Source: Candidatus Omnitrophota bacterium (lineage in GTDB: Bacteria > Omnitrophota > Gorgyraeia > Gorgyraeales > Gorgyraeaceae). From it: DNA of 64,000 nucleotides. The stretch is from positions 4,368 through 68,367 of the forward strand of contig JAHIPS010000016.1 of assembly GCA_018902915.1 (NCBI GenBank), written 5' to 3'. Positions 35,138 through 43,372 of this stretch are shown here, piece by piece. The translations under genes and the position numbers were made by a program. The notes beneath the pieces are model-generated. The model had not been told where the DNA came from and did not search any database. It saw only the letters and a list, made by a program, of their open reading frames with translations. Each line of letters starts with the position of its first letter. The stretch's first letter is position 1.

Positions 35138-35245
35138 AAAAACTCTAAACACTAAATCCTAAACAAGCTCAAAAATTCAAATGTTCAAAACCGTAATGTT
35201 TTGGGTTTAGGGTTTGTTTAGAGTTTAGGATTTCGGATTTAGTGT
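35138..35245 (-). terminator. long imperfect hairpin with CTAAA/TTTAG-repeat arms after rpoZ (terminator-like)
   Basis: aaactctaaacactaaatcctaaac ... gtttagagtttaggatttcggatttagtgttta. The minus-strand hairpin is followed by UUUUUAAUUU, which abuts the coaC start. Confidence 0.4.
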
Positions 35246-35449
35246 TTATGCCTTTTTGTCTTTTATCTTGTATCTCACCTTGCCCTGGCCTATTTCTTCC
35301 AGCGCAATGGTTGAAAACTTCTTCGTGGTTGTCTCTATTAATTTCTGCGCGCCATCATTGAGCTCTATTGCGCGTCTTGCAGCAAGTAACGTTACCTTGA
35401 AAATACTGTCACCGTTTTTAAAAACACTTTCTCGCGGAACATAAGACAT
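35246..35449 (-). CDS. rpoZ: DNA-directed RNA polymerase omega subunit
   Basis: 67 aa; SIFKVTLLAARRAIELNDGA. Confidence 0.85.
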   Translation of the reverse strand: MSYVPRESVFKNGDSIFKVTLLAARRAIELNDGAQKLIETTTKKFSTIALEEIGQGKVRYKIKDKKA

Positions 35450-35450
35450 A

Positions 35451-36029
35451 TTACTTCCTCCTTATTCTACATCTCTCGGCAATAACGATAGAACGCAGGC
35501 TCTCTAGCGCTGATTCCAGCATATTATTGACGACAACATAGTCATATTTTGAAAAATGCGCTAATTCTTCTTTCGCGACCTTTAACCTTTTTGAGATCTC
35601 TCTTTTGGAATCTGTTGAGCGACCGACAAGCCTTTCTTTTAACATGCCCATGGAAGGCGGCGCGACAAATATATAGACCGAGCGCATCTTGAGCCTTTTT
35701 ATCTTCATGGCGCCCTGCACGTCTATATTTAAAATAGCGTCCTGGCCTTTTTCAACGATGTGCTTTATGTATTTTTTAGGCGTCCCGTAATATTCCTCAA
35801 AGACCTTTGCCCATTCCAGGAATTCATCTTTCTTTTTGCGCCTTAAAAACTCGTCCTTCTCCATAAAGATATACTCCATGCCGTCTCTTTCGCCGGAACG
35901 AGGCGGACGCGTAGTCATGGAGATAGACCGGCTCAATCCTCCCAGAGAATCTATCAATTTATTTATCAGCGTGGTCTTGCCTGACCCTGACGGCGCTGAG
36001 ATTATAAATAATATGCCTTTTCGTTTCAT
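35451..36029 (-). CDS. gmk: guanylate kinase
   Basis: ISAPSGSGKTTL P-loop, SMTTRPPRSGERDGMEYIF, VQGA. Confidence 0.95.
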   Translation of the reverse strand: MKRKGILFIISAPSGSGKTTLINKLIDSLGGLSRSISMTTRPPRSGERDGMEYIFMEKDEFLRRKKKDEFLEWAKVFEEYYGTPKKYIKHIVEKGQDAILNIDVQGAMKIKRLKMRSVYIFVAPPSMGMLKERLVGRSTDSKREISKRLKVAKEELAHFSKYDYVVVNNMLESALESLRSIVIAERCRIRRK

Positions 36030-36031
36030 GT

Positions 36032-36916
36032 CTATTCCACGTTCTGCGCCTGCTCGCGCATCTTGTCGATCTCACTTTTTACGTCCACTACTAAACCGGA
36101 GATCTTTACAGCGCCTGCCTTTGAGCCCAGCGTGTTTATCTCACGCTGCAATTCCTGTAGGATAAAATCCAGGCGCCTGCCAGCCTCTGTATTCGACTCG
36201 AGCGTCTCTTTCATCGCCCCCAGATGACTCTTGGCGCGCGTTATTTCCTCAGAGACATCGCACTGCTTTGCAAATATGGCGAGTTCTGTTTCTACCCTTG
36301 CCTTGTCTATATCATAATCGTCTCTTTTTAAGATCTCTTTTATCCTCGTATGCAATATATTGCGGTATTCTAAAATAAGCATCGGTGCGAGCTTTGAGAT
36401 TTTATCAATAGAGTCCGCTACTTTCTTGATCCTCCCCGACAAATCCTTGTAAAGCGCCTTTCCTTCTTTTTTCCTCATGCTGTCGCAATCCAGTACTGCC
36501 TTTTTCAATGCAGGCTCGATGGCCGACCATATTGAACTCGCATCATGAGCCTGCTGTTCCTGTATAATCACGTCTGGAAAAGAAAGTATGTGCGAGAGGC
36601 TTACCTCGTCGCTCAGCCTTAATCTCTTTTTTAATTTATTCAGCATCTTGTAATATTTTTCTATTGCCTCGTCGTTAAGTTTTGCTGACCCGAGATCCTT
36701 GTCGCCCTTTTTATGCAAAAGCGAGAGATTGACCTTGCCGCGTTTCACGTATTTATTTATGAAATGTTTTGCCTTATCTTCTAATGTGCCGAGACTATTA
36801 GGCATTCTAGACGAGACATCAAAATATCTGTGGTTCACTGTGCGCACCTCGACAGTAAATCTCCCGAACCTGCCTTTTGCCTCGCCTTTTCCAAACCCTG
36901 TCATGCTTTTTATCAT
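36032..36916 (-). CDS. YicC family stress-induced protein
   Basis: MIKSMTGFGKGE..TVEVRTVNHRYFD..; C-terminal REINTLGSKA..KSEIDKMREQAQNVE. Confidence 0.88.
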   Translation of the reverse strand: MIKSMTGFGKGEAKGRFGRFTVEVRTVNHRYFDVSSRMPNSLGTLEDKAKHFINKYVKRGKVNLSLLHKKGDKDLGSAKLNDEAIEKYYKMLNKLKKRLRLSDEVSLSHILSFPDVIIQEQQAHDASSIWSAIEPALKKAVLDCDSMRKKEGKALYKDLSGRIKKVADSIDKISKLAPMLILEYRNILHTRIKEILKRDDYDIDKARVETELAIFAKQCDVSEEITRAKSHLGAMKETLESNTEAGRRLDFILQELQREINTLGSKAGAVKISGLVVDVKSEIDKMREQAQNVE

Positions 36917-37416
36917 GCCCAGACCCGTTTCTTTTGCGTTTCCATGCTAACAGTCTTTGTCGGATACAGATCCACGATTATCTCGTCTGGTTCAAACCAG
37001 AGTTTTATCTCGCGCTCTGCTTCTTTGGCATCTGAAGACGTGTGAAGCACGTTTTCATAGATGCCTTTTGTAGTGATCCTGCCAAAAGAACCTCTTATGC
37101 TCGTTACATCTGCTTCTTCTGGATTGGTCGAGCCAGCTAGCTCGCGGACCTTTGTTAGAGCGTCTTCGCCCCAGTAAACCATTGCCATGACCTTACGCCT
37201 GCCATGAAGCTCGCCCTGGATATATCTGATAAGCTCTTTAAAAAATGGCTTGTCTTCCATATGTTTATAGTGTTCTTCAGCAAGCTCTTTATTAACCCTG
37301 AGTATTTTAGCCGCAACTATTTCCAGCTTTGACTCTGAGAGACGCATAAGTATATTTCCTGTTAGCGACTTTACCAATCCATCTGGCTTAATCAAAACTA
37401 AGGTTTTCTGGTTCAT
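36913..37416 (-). CDS. ndk: nucleoside-diphosphate kinase (extended C-terminus)
   Basis: QKTLVLIKPDGL..HYKHMEDKPFF..TNPEEADVTSIRGSFG..NVLHTSSD (catalytic His). Confidence 0.8.
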   Translation of the reverse strand: MNQKTLVLIKPDGLVKSLTGNILMRLSESKLEIVAAKILRVNKELAEEHYKHMEDKPFFKELIRYIQGELHGRRKVMAMVYWGEDALTKVRELAGSTNPEEADVTSIRGSFGRITTKGIYENVLHTSSDAKEAEREIKLWFEPDEIIVDLYPTKTVSMETQKKRVWA

Positions 37417-37427
37417 GTCCTACCTCT

Positions 37428-38294
37428 TTAACTCTTTGATTTTAAACGAGTTATGACTTTTTCTAAATCCTTGTCCGAGTAAAATTCTATTTCTATTTTA
37501 CCGCCTTTTTTGCCTTTTAAAATCTTGACCTTTGTTCCCAATGCATAACTTAGCTCTTCTTCAATAGCCCTGAGATTAGGATCTTTATCTATCTTCTTTG
37601 TCTTTGTCCCACCTGAAAACTTTTTTGCGTATCTCTCTGTATCTCTTACAGATAGGTCATTTTTTATAACCCTGGTGCAGAGCCTGAGCTGTTCTGATTC
37701 TTTGTCAAGTCCCAGTATTGCCTTTGCATGGCCCATTGAGATTGTTCCACGTGAAACAAAGGCCTGGATCTTCTCAGGCAGTCTTAATAACCTGAGGATA
37801 TTTGCAATAGTTGCCCTGTCCTTACCAATAGTGGCTGAAATAGCCTCCTGAGTCATGCTAAACTCGTCTAAGAGCCTCTTAAATGCCTTTGCCTGGTCAA
37901 TTGGATTAAGGTCTTCTCTCTGCACATTCTCTATAATAGAAAGCTCTAATGAATCAATATCAGAAACATCCTTTACAATAGCTGGCACCTCGCTTAGCTT
38001 AAGCATCTTGGCAGCCATGAATCGCCTTTCCCCAGCTATTAACTCATATTCGTCCTGCTGGGGCCTGACAATAACTGGCTGTATAAAGCCTTTTTCCTTT
38101 ATAGAAGCAGCAAGATCATCCAGGGCCTGTTTATCAAAACCTCCCCTTGGCTGAAACTTATTAGCCTTGACCTTTTCAACAGGTATATTAGTGATTATCT
38201 GGCCCTTTCCAGCCTTTAACAATGCTGAATCTTCCCTTGAGCCCTTCTCAGGTATTAATGCTCCTAGACCCCTTCCGAGACCTCTTTTTTCCAT
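37428..38294 (-). CDS. parB: chromosome partitioning protein ParB/Spo0J
   Basis: GLGRGLGALI, IQPVIVRP..YELIAGERRFMAAK, HTH FSMTQEAISATIGKDRATIAN. Confidence 0.95.
   Translation of the reverse strand: MEKRGLGRGLGALIPEKGSREDSALLKAGKGQIITNIPVEKVKANKFQPRGGFDKQALDDLAASIKEKGFIQPVIVRPQQDEYELIAGERRFMAAKMLKLSEVPAIVKDVSDIDSLELSIIENVQREDLNPIDQAKAFKRLLDEFSMTQEAISATIGKDRATIANILRLLRLPEKIQAFVSRGTISMGHAKAILGLDKESEQLRLCTRVIKNDLSVRDTERYAKKFSGGTKTKKIDKDPNLRAIEEELSYALGTKVKILKGKKGGKIEIEFYSDKDLEKVITRLKSKS
37743..37758. promoter_or_regulatory. parS site inside parB
   Basis: tgttccacgtgaaaca, 15/16 to the consensus TGTTTCACGTGAAACA. Confidence 0.8.
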
Positions 38295-39073
38295 TCTTTC
38301 ACACCCTCCCCTGCTAACCCTCTTAAGAGCTCGCCTGCCAGAGCTTCATAGGTTTTGGCTCCTGTTGAATGTTTATCATATAGGTGTACTGGCCTTCCAA
38401 ACCCAGGTGCTTCGCTCAACCTTATGCTCCTGGGTATGATTGTCTTAAACACCTTTTCCTTAAAGAATTTCCTGGCCTCCGCTATTACTTCAGAAGTAAG
38501 ATTAGTCCTATAATCAGCCATTGTCAGAAGCACGCCTTCTATCTCTAGTTCAGCATTGAGATTGTCGCGCACAAGATTTATAGTGTTCAAAAGCTGGCTC
38601 AGGCCTTCCAACGCATAATATTCACACTGGATAGGTATCAACACTGAATCAGCTGCTGTTAGAGCATTGATTGTCAAAAGCCCTAATGACGGCGGCGAGT
38701 CAATAAGAATAAAATCATAATTACTGGTCAGGTCTTTTATGCTAGACTTGAGCTTATACTCCCGATTCATCATGCTGATTAATTCTATTTCAGCTCCTGT
38801 AAGATTTATGCTTGAAGGGATTAATTGAAACTCTGGCGTGTAAAGCTCCTGTATAATATCCTGGGCAAGGATTTTATTTACCAATACATCGTAGATATTA
38901 TGCTCGATCTTTGTCTTGTCAACCCCGAGCCCACTTGTCGCATTTGCCTGCGGATCAAAATCAATCAGCAAAACTCTCTTTTTTTTATGGGAAAGATAGT
39001 AGCCTAAATTAATGGCTGTGGTGGTTTTTCCAACCCCGCCTTTCTGATTACAGATTGCTATTACTTTTCCCAT
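38264..39073 (-). CDS. parA: chromosome partitioning ATPase ParA/Soj
   Basis: MGKVIAICNQKGGVGKTTTAINL deviant Walker A, LIDFDPQANAT, ILIDSPPSLG. Confidence 0.95.
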   Translation of the reverse strand: MGKVIAICNQKGGVGKTTTAINLGYYLSHKKKRVLLIDFDPQANATSGLGVDKTKIEHNIYDVLVNKILAQDIIQELYTPEFQLIPSSINLTGAEIELISMMNREYKLKSSIKDLTSNYDFILIDSPPSLGLLTINALTAADSVLIPIQCEYYALEGLSQLLNTINLVRDNLNAELEIEGVLLTMADYRTNLTSEVIAEARKFFKEKVFKTIIPRSIRLSEAPGFGRPVHLYDKHSTGAKTYEALAGELLRGLAGEGVKEWKKEVSEGV

Positions 39074-39076
39074 AAT

Positions 39077-39109
39077 AACCGTATCACAACCGTATCACAA
39101 CCGTATCAT
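39077..39109. repeat. three tandem 11-bp repeats immediately upstream of the parA start codon
   Basis: aaccgtatcac x2 + aaccgtatcat (minus strand TGATACGGTTG x3 then TT-ATG). The third unit contains the stop codon of the upstream Jag-N ORF. Confidence 0.85.
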
Positions 39110-39312
39110 TTTTTATGTAACTTCTTTATTACCTTGACTTTAGCTAACTTTGACCCTTGCATGCGAAAAAGGCCTTTGTTCTCTTCCCGCAACACCTTTA
39201 CATCAACTTCAGATTTAGTAGCGCCTAATTTTGACAGGGCGATTTTTATTGCTTCCTGGGCTGTCTTTGCTTCTACTTCTATCTCTTTTAAGACCTGTTT
39301 TTTAGGGCTCAT
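39106..39312 (-). CDS. Jag/KhpB N-terminal-domain-only protein
   Basis: 68 aa; IEVEAKTAQEAIKIALSKLGATKSEVDVKVLREENKGLF; no KH/R3H part. Canonical position after yidC. Confidence 0.7.
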   Translation of the reverse strand: MSPKKQVLKEIEVEAKTAQEAIKIALSKLGATKSEVDVKVLREENKGLFRMQGSKLAKVKVIKKLHKK

Positions 39313-40892
39313 GACTTTCTTAAGAAAAAGAACTGTAAAGAACTTGTAAGAACGGTATTAGTCAGCCAGTATAGGACCAGGCCTGACGGCAGACTGTAAA
39401 ATATAAACCCAAACATGACTGGCATTATAGTAGCCATCATCTTTTGCTGGTCTGTCTGGGCTGCAGTGGTCTTTGCCTGCGACAGCTTCTGTTGTACTAT
39501 CATAGCACCTATCATCAAGATTGGCAATAGATTTATTGCATTGCCTAAGAAAGGCATGGTAAATGGCAGATGAAACGCGGCATCTGGCATGGATAGGTCC
39601 TTTATCCACAGAAAATGCGCGCCCTTTAGCTCCACAGACCTCATGAGCGTCTGGTAGAGCGCGATAAATATCGGCATCTGTAAAAGCATCGGAAAACACC
39701 CGCCCATTGGATTTACATTATACCGTCGATAAAGTTCCATCATTTCCTTGTTTAATTTTTGCGGGTTGTCCTTGTGTTCCTGGCGCACCTTTTCAATGTG
39801 CGGTTGTATCTCCTGCATCCTTCTCATTGATTTCAGGCTCTTGAATGACAGCGGGAACAGTAAAAAGCTCACGCAGCATGTAAGTAAAAGTATCGCGACT
39901 CCATAATTATGAAAAAGGCCATAGAAAAATCTCAGGACGCTTAAGAGAACGAGTATTATGCTCGTTAGTCTCCCAAAATACAATGCCTTGCCAAATGACT
40001 GGTCTACATCTTCCAGCTCGCCTCTCTCTGTCGGACCTATATAGTAAAGAATGTCGTAAGATCTTGTCTCCCCAGGAATGATTCTTTCATCTTCAAGCAT
40101 AAAACCTGTAACAGGGGCGTTCTTAATATTTTTTGTAAAAATACCTACGGGTTTGAATTCAGGCTTGGCAATGATTGAATAATATTTATTTCTTAACGCG
40201 AGCCATTCGATATCGGAATGATATAACTTATTGTATTTCTTGGAATTACCGCTTGTTATCCTTTTTACTGTTCCATCTTTGGACAAAAGATCCACGCCCA
40301 CAAACCTTGCTTCGAATTTTTCCTTGCTGGCAATCTTTGAAGCAGCTGTAAGTTCGAATGATAAGTTTTTTGTTGAGGAGGAGAGATTTGTTATTTTGAT
40401 GCTTGAGCGCAGCGCATATTTATCCCTTAAAAATTTTACAGACTTTTCTATGCCAAGACCTTGTTTTTCAACATAGAGAGAGTTCGTATCCTCTCTGATT
40501 GCAAAGAGTTGCGACGACAAACCAGATAGCTCGCCGCTTCCCTCTATTGACAGCATACCCTGCTGGAACAGGGCGTTTTCCACAAGATCAATATCAAAAC
40601 GCTTGCCGTCCTTTATTTTGATTCTCTGAATGCTGCCGCCTATATTAGAAAAATCTATCTCGTATTTAGCATTGGCGAGCATAGTTGATATTGCGCCATC
40701 CGGCAGCACAGCCTCTTCGATTTCCTCAGGCTTGCTCTCGCGGCGCGTTTCTACAACTTCTTTTTTTTCAACGAATTGCATAGGCTGTTCCAGACCGCTG
40801 GAAGACGGCGGGTTTATTTTTTTAAGAAAAATCGGGTACACCAGCATCACGATTATCGATAATGCAACTGCAGCTAAAAGTCGTCTCTCCAT
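39309..40892 (-). CDS. yidC: membrane protein insertase YidC
   Basis: 527 aa; periplasmic P1 domain then NYGVAILLLT..KMQEIQP..GCFPMLLQMPIFIALY..PSGLVLYW. Confidence 0.95.
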   Translation of the reverse strand: MERRLLAAVALSIIVMLVYPIFLKKINPPSSSGLEQPMQFVEKKEVVETRRESKPEEIEEAVLPDGAISTMLANAKYEIDFSNIGGSIQRIKIKDGKRFDIDLVENALFQQGMLSIEGSGELSGLSSQLFAIREDTNSLYVEKQGLGIEKSVKFLRDKYALRSSIKITNLSSSTKNLSFELTAASKIASKEKFEARFVGVDLLSKDGTVKRITSGNSKKYNKLYHSDIEWLALRNKYYSIIAKPEFKPVGIFTKNIKNAPVTGFMLEDERIIPGETRSYDILYYIGPTERGELEDVDQSFGKALYFGRLTSIILVLLSVLRFFYGLFHNYGVAILLLTCCVSFLLFPLSFKSLKSMRRMQEIQPHIEKVRQEHKDNPQKLNKEMMELYRRYNVNPMGGCFPMLLQMPIFIALYQTLMRSVELKGAHFLWIKDLSMPDAAFHLPFTMPFLGNAINLLPILMIGAMIVQQKLSQAKTTAAQTDQQKMMATIMPVMFGFIFYSLPSGLVLYWLTNTVLTSSLQFFFLRKS

Positions 40893-40921
40893 ATCCTCTT
40901 CCTTAATCCGCCTCAGGCGGA

Positions 40922-41140
40922 TTATTTTTTATACGGATCAAAGCCGCCTGGAAACAATGGATTACATCGTAATATGCGGCCAACACCCTTGATTAATCCC
41001 AAAAACGCGCCCCTGTGATTAATTGCATCAAGCGTATATTGCGAGCACGAAGGATAATATCTGCATTTACATAACATAAATGACGATATATAGTTATGAT
41101 AAAATTTTATACTATTTTTTAACACGTTTTTTAAAAACAT
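40922..41140 (-). CDS. yidD: membrane protein insertion efficiency factor YidD
   Basis: 72 aa; IKFYHNYIS..CRYYPSCSQYTLDAI..GAFLG. Confidence 0.92.
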   Translation of the reverse strand: MFLKNVLKNSIKFYHNYISSFMLCKCRYYPSCSQYTLDAINHRGAFLGLIKGVGRILRCNPLFPGGFDPYKK

Positions 41141-41471
41141 ATGCCAATTCTTTTTGTATCTCGCTGGATTTTGTGTCTTTCTTAAGATTTGAACCCAGAA
41201 TCACAATGTCATGGCCAGCTGGTAGTAATCCTTTTGTCTTAACGTAGGCCTGCCTTAAGATCCTTCTGAATCTGTTGCGCAAAACAAGCTTTTTATTATA
41301 GAGGCTTTTTCTGACTACAAAAGCAGCCCTGTTTACACCAGAGGCATAGTCTCTTTTTAATAAAAATACCGTGATTAGCCTGGCTCTGAAGGGAGCGCCT
41401 TTGTCAAAAACCTTTTTTATCAAGGCGTTGTTCTTCAGGCGCTCGTTCCTGCTAAAGGAATTGCCTGTCAT
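41112..41471 (-). CDS. rnpA: ribonuclease P protein component
   Basis: 119 aa basic; RLKNNALIKKVF..VVRKSLYNKKLVLRNRFRRILRQAY. Confidence 0.9.
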   Translation of the reverse strand: MTGNSFSRNERLKNNALIKKVFDKGAPFRARLITVFLLKRDYASGVNRAAFVVRKSLYNKKLVLRNRFRRILRQAYVKTKGLLPAGHDIVILGSNLKKDTKSSEIQKELAYVFKKRVKK

Positions 41472-41608
41472 TAAACAGTGAGGCGTTTTTTGCCTTTTTG
41501 CCGTCGGCGCCTCAGTACAGCACGGCCCTTGGCAGTGCGCATCCTGTGCCTGAAGCCATGTTTACGTTTCCGTTTTAAAAGGCTCTTTCTGGTAAGATGT
41601 TTTTTCAC
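41471..41608 (-). CDS. rpmH: 50S ribosomal protein L34
   Basis: Below the ORF-track size cut-off. Own translation from GTG 41608 (GAGGAGG SD): [45 protein letters not shown]. Its stop overlaps the rnpA ATG. Confidence 0.93.
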   Translation of the reverse strand: MKKHLTRKSLLKRKRKHGFRHRMRTAKGRAVLRRRRQKGKKRLTV

Positions 41609-41631
41609 TATAGCCTCCTCATAGGCGTTTT

Positions 41632-41659
41632 ATTATAACATATAACTCCATATCGTCAA
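41632..41659 (-). promoter_or_regulatory. rpmH promoter (TTGACG-16-TGtTATAAT)
   Basis: Minus strand: -35 TTGACG (41659-41654), -10 TATAAT (41637-41632) preceded by TGT. Confidence 0.6.
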
Positions 41660-41680
41660 GGGGAAAAATGTGTATTGCCC

Positions 41681-41832
41681 AAATCTTATCTGACAGAACG
41701 TACGTGCCCCGTTCCAAATTCTAATTGATACTCGATTTATTGTTTGTAGCTGATTGTGTACAATTCTGATAAACTATTTGTTAATATTTAAGAATTTGGA
41801 ACGGGGCGTGTCGGATTTGTCAGATAAGATTT
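41681..41832. repeat. 152-bp inverted-repeat cassette in the rpmH-dnaA spacer (candidate oriC/DUE element or MITE)
   Basis: 41-nt arms aaatcttatctgaca-N10-gccccgttccaaattc and their reverse complement (outer 15 bp and inner 16 bp perfect, middle 10 nt diverged), flanking ~70 bp of AT-rich DNA. Confidence 0.6.
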
Positions 41833-41835
41833 TGC

Positions 41836-41864
41836 TTGATATGAAAATACTTGGCTGTTATAAT
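41836..41864 (+). promoter_or_regulatory. dnaA promoter (TTGATA-17-TGtTATAAT), 10 nt from the ATG
   Basis: -35 41836-41841, -10 41859-41864, dnaA ATG at 41875, no SD in between. Confidence 0.55.
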
Positions 41865-41874
41865 ACTCTGACCT

Positions 41875-43209
41875 ATGAGTGTTGACCTATCTAATATCTG
41901 GGATAAAATCCTTGATTACACAAAACAGGAAATAGGAGAGAGGGCGTTCGAAAACTGGTTCACCCAGGCCAAGCTCTCGTCTATTACAGAAGACGGCTTC
42001 GTCATAGAAGTGCCGTCTAGTTTTTTCAAGGATTGGATCTATGACCATTACCGGGATATATTGAATATTGCGATATTAAAAACTATTGGCAAGGTGATGC
42101 CGGTGACCTTTGAAATAAAAACGCCTCTTGCTGCAAAAAAATCTCAAGACGCACGGCCAGCCGCAACTGGTAAGCCTCTCCAGAAAAAACCTTTTTATTT
42201 AAACCCGCGATATACATTTGAGGGTTTTGTAGTGGGCTCGTCCAATAGATTCGCCCACGCGGCAACAATGGCTATCGCAGAATCTCCTGCAAAGGCGTAC
42301 AACCCGCTTTTTATATACGGGGGCGTGGGGCTGGGGAAGACCCACCTGATGCAGGCAGCGTGCCACTATGTGTCCGAAATGCACAATGGCCTGAAATTGT
42401 TCTACACGTCCAGTGAAAGATTCACAAACGAACTCATAAGCGCGATACAGAACAGGACCACGGCCAAGTTCAGGGAAAAATATAGGTCTATGGATGTACT
42501 CTTGATAGATGACGTGCATTTTATCGCGGGCAAGGAATCCACGCAGGAGGAATTCTTCCACACGTTCAACACGCTCTATGACGCGCATAAACAGATCGTG
42601 TTATCGAGCGACCGCCCGCCCAAGACCATACCAGGGCTCGAGGAACGGCTCGTCTCCAGGTTTGAGTGGGGGCTGGTGACAGATGTACAGCCGCCAGACC
42701 TTGAGACACGCATCGCGATACTTAAAAAGAAGGCCGAGAGAAACGCCGCGAATCTCCCGGAGGACGTCTTGTATTTCATCGCCGAAAGAATCAAGACAAA
42801 TATACGGGAGCTTGAGGGCGCGCTCATAAAGGTAATAGCATACGCGTCGCTCGAAAACACAACGATCTCGCTCGCCCTTACAAAGGACGTGTTAAAGGAC
42901 GTTCTTTTGGAAGGCGAGAAAAAGATATCCATGGACCTCATCCAGAAAAAGGTGGCCAGTTATTTTGATGTAAAGACATCTGATCTAAAAGCGAAAAAAC
43001 GAAACAGGCAGATCTCATACCCCAGGCAAATAGCAATGTATCTGGCGAGGGAGCTCACAAACATGACGCTCCCCGACATAGGCGAGCACTTCGGGGGCAG
43101 GGACCACTCCACGGTCATACACGCTTACGAAAAGATACAGAAGGAATCAAAGAAGAACCAAAATGTGAAGAACCTGCTGAACCGCTTGATGTTGGAGATA
43201 AATAGTTAA
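41875..43209 (+). CDS. dnaA: chromosomal replication initiator protein DnaA
   Basis: 444 aa; NPLFIYGGVGLGKTHLM Walker A, LLIDDVHF, box VII/VIII, C-terminal DNA-binding IGEHFGGRDHSTVIHA. Confidence 0.97.
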   Translation: MSVDLSNIWDKILDYTKQEIGERAFENWFTQAKLSSITEDGFVIEVPSSFFKDWIYDHYRDILNIAILKTIGKVMPVTFEIKTPLAAKKSQDARPAATGKPLQKKPFYLNPRYTFEGFVVGSSNRFAHAATMAIAESPAKAYNPLFIYGGVGLGKTHLMQAACHYVSEMHNGLKLFYTSSERFTNELISAIQNRTTAKFREKYRSMDVLLIDDVHFIAGKESTQEEFFHTFNTLYDAHKQIVLSSDRPPKTIPGLEERLVSRFEWGLVTDVQPPDLETRIAILKKKAERNAANLPEDVLYFIAERIKTNIRELEGALIKVIAYASLENTTISLALTKDVLKDVLLEGEKKISMDLIQKKVASYFDVKTSDLKAKKRNRQISYPRQIAMYLARELTNMTLPDIGEHFGGRDHSTVIHAYEKIQKESKKNQNVKNLLNRLMLEINS

Positions 43210-43372
43210 CAGTGTGAATAATTAGTATTTTTTTGTGGATTATTTTTGTTTCATAACTATAATTGAATAAGCGGGTTTTAAGGTTACTAACATACCAACA
43301 CCGTATTCTACTAATACTACTAATTTTTCAATTAGATATGGATAGTAAACAGTAAACACTTGGGGGATGTGG

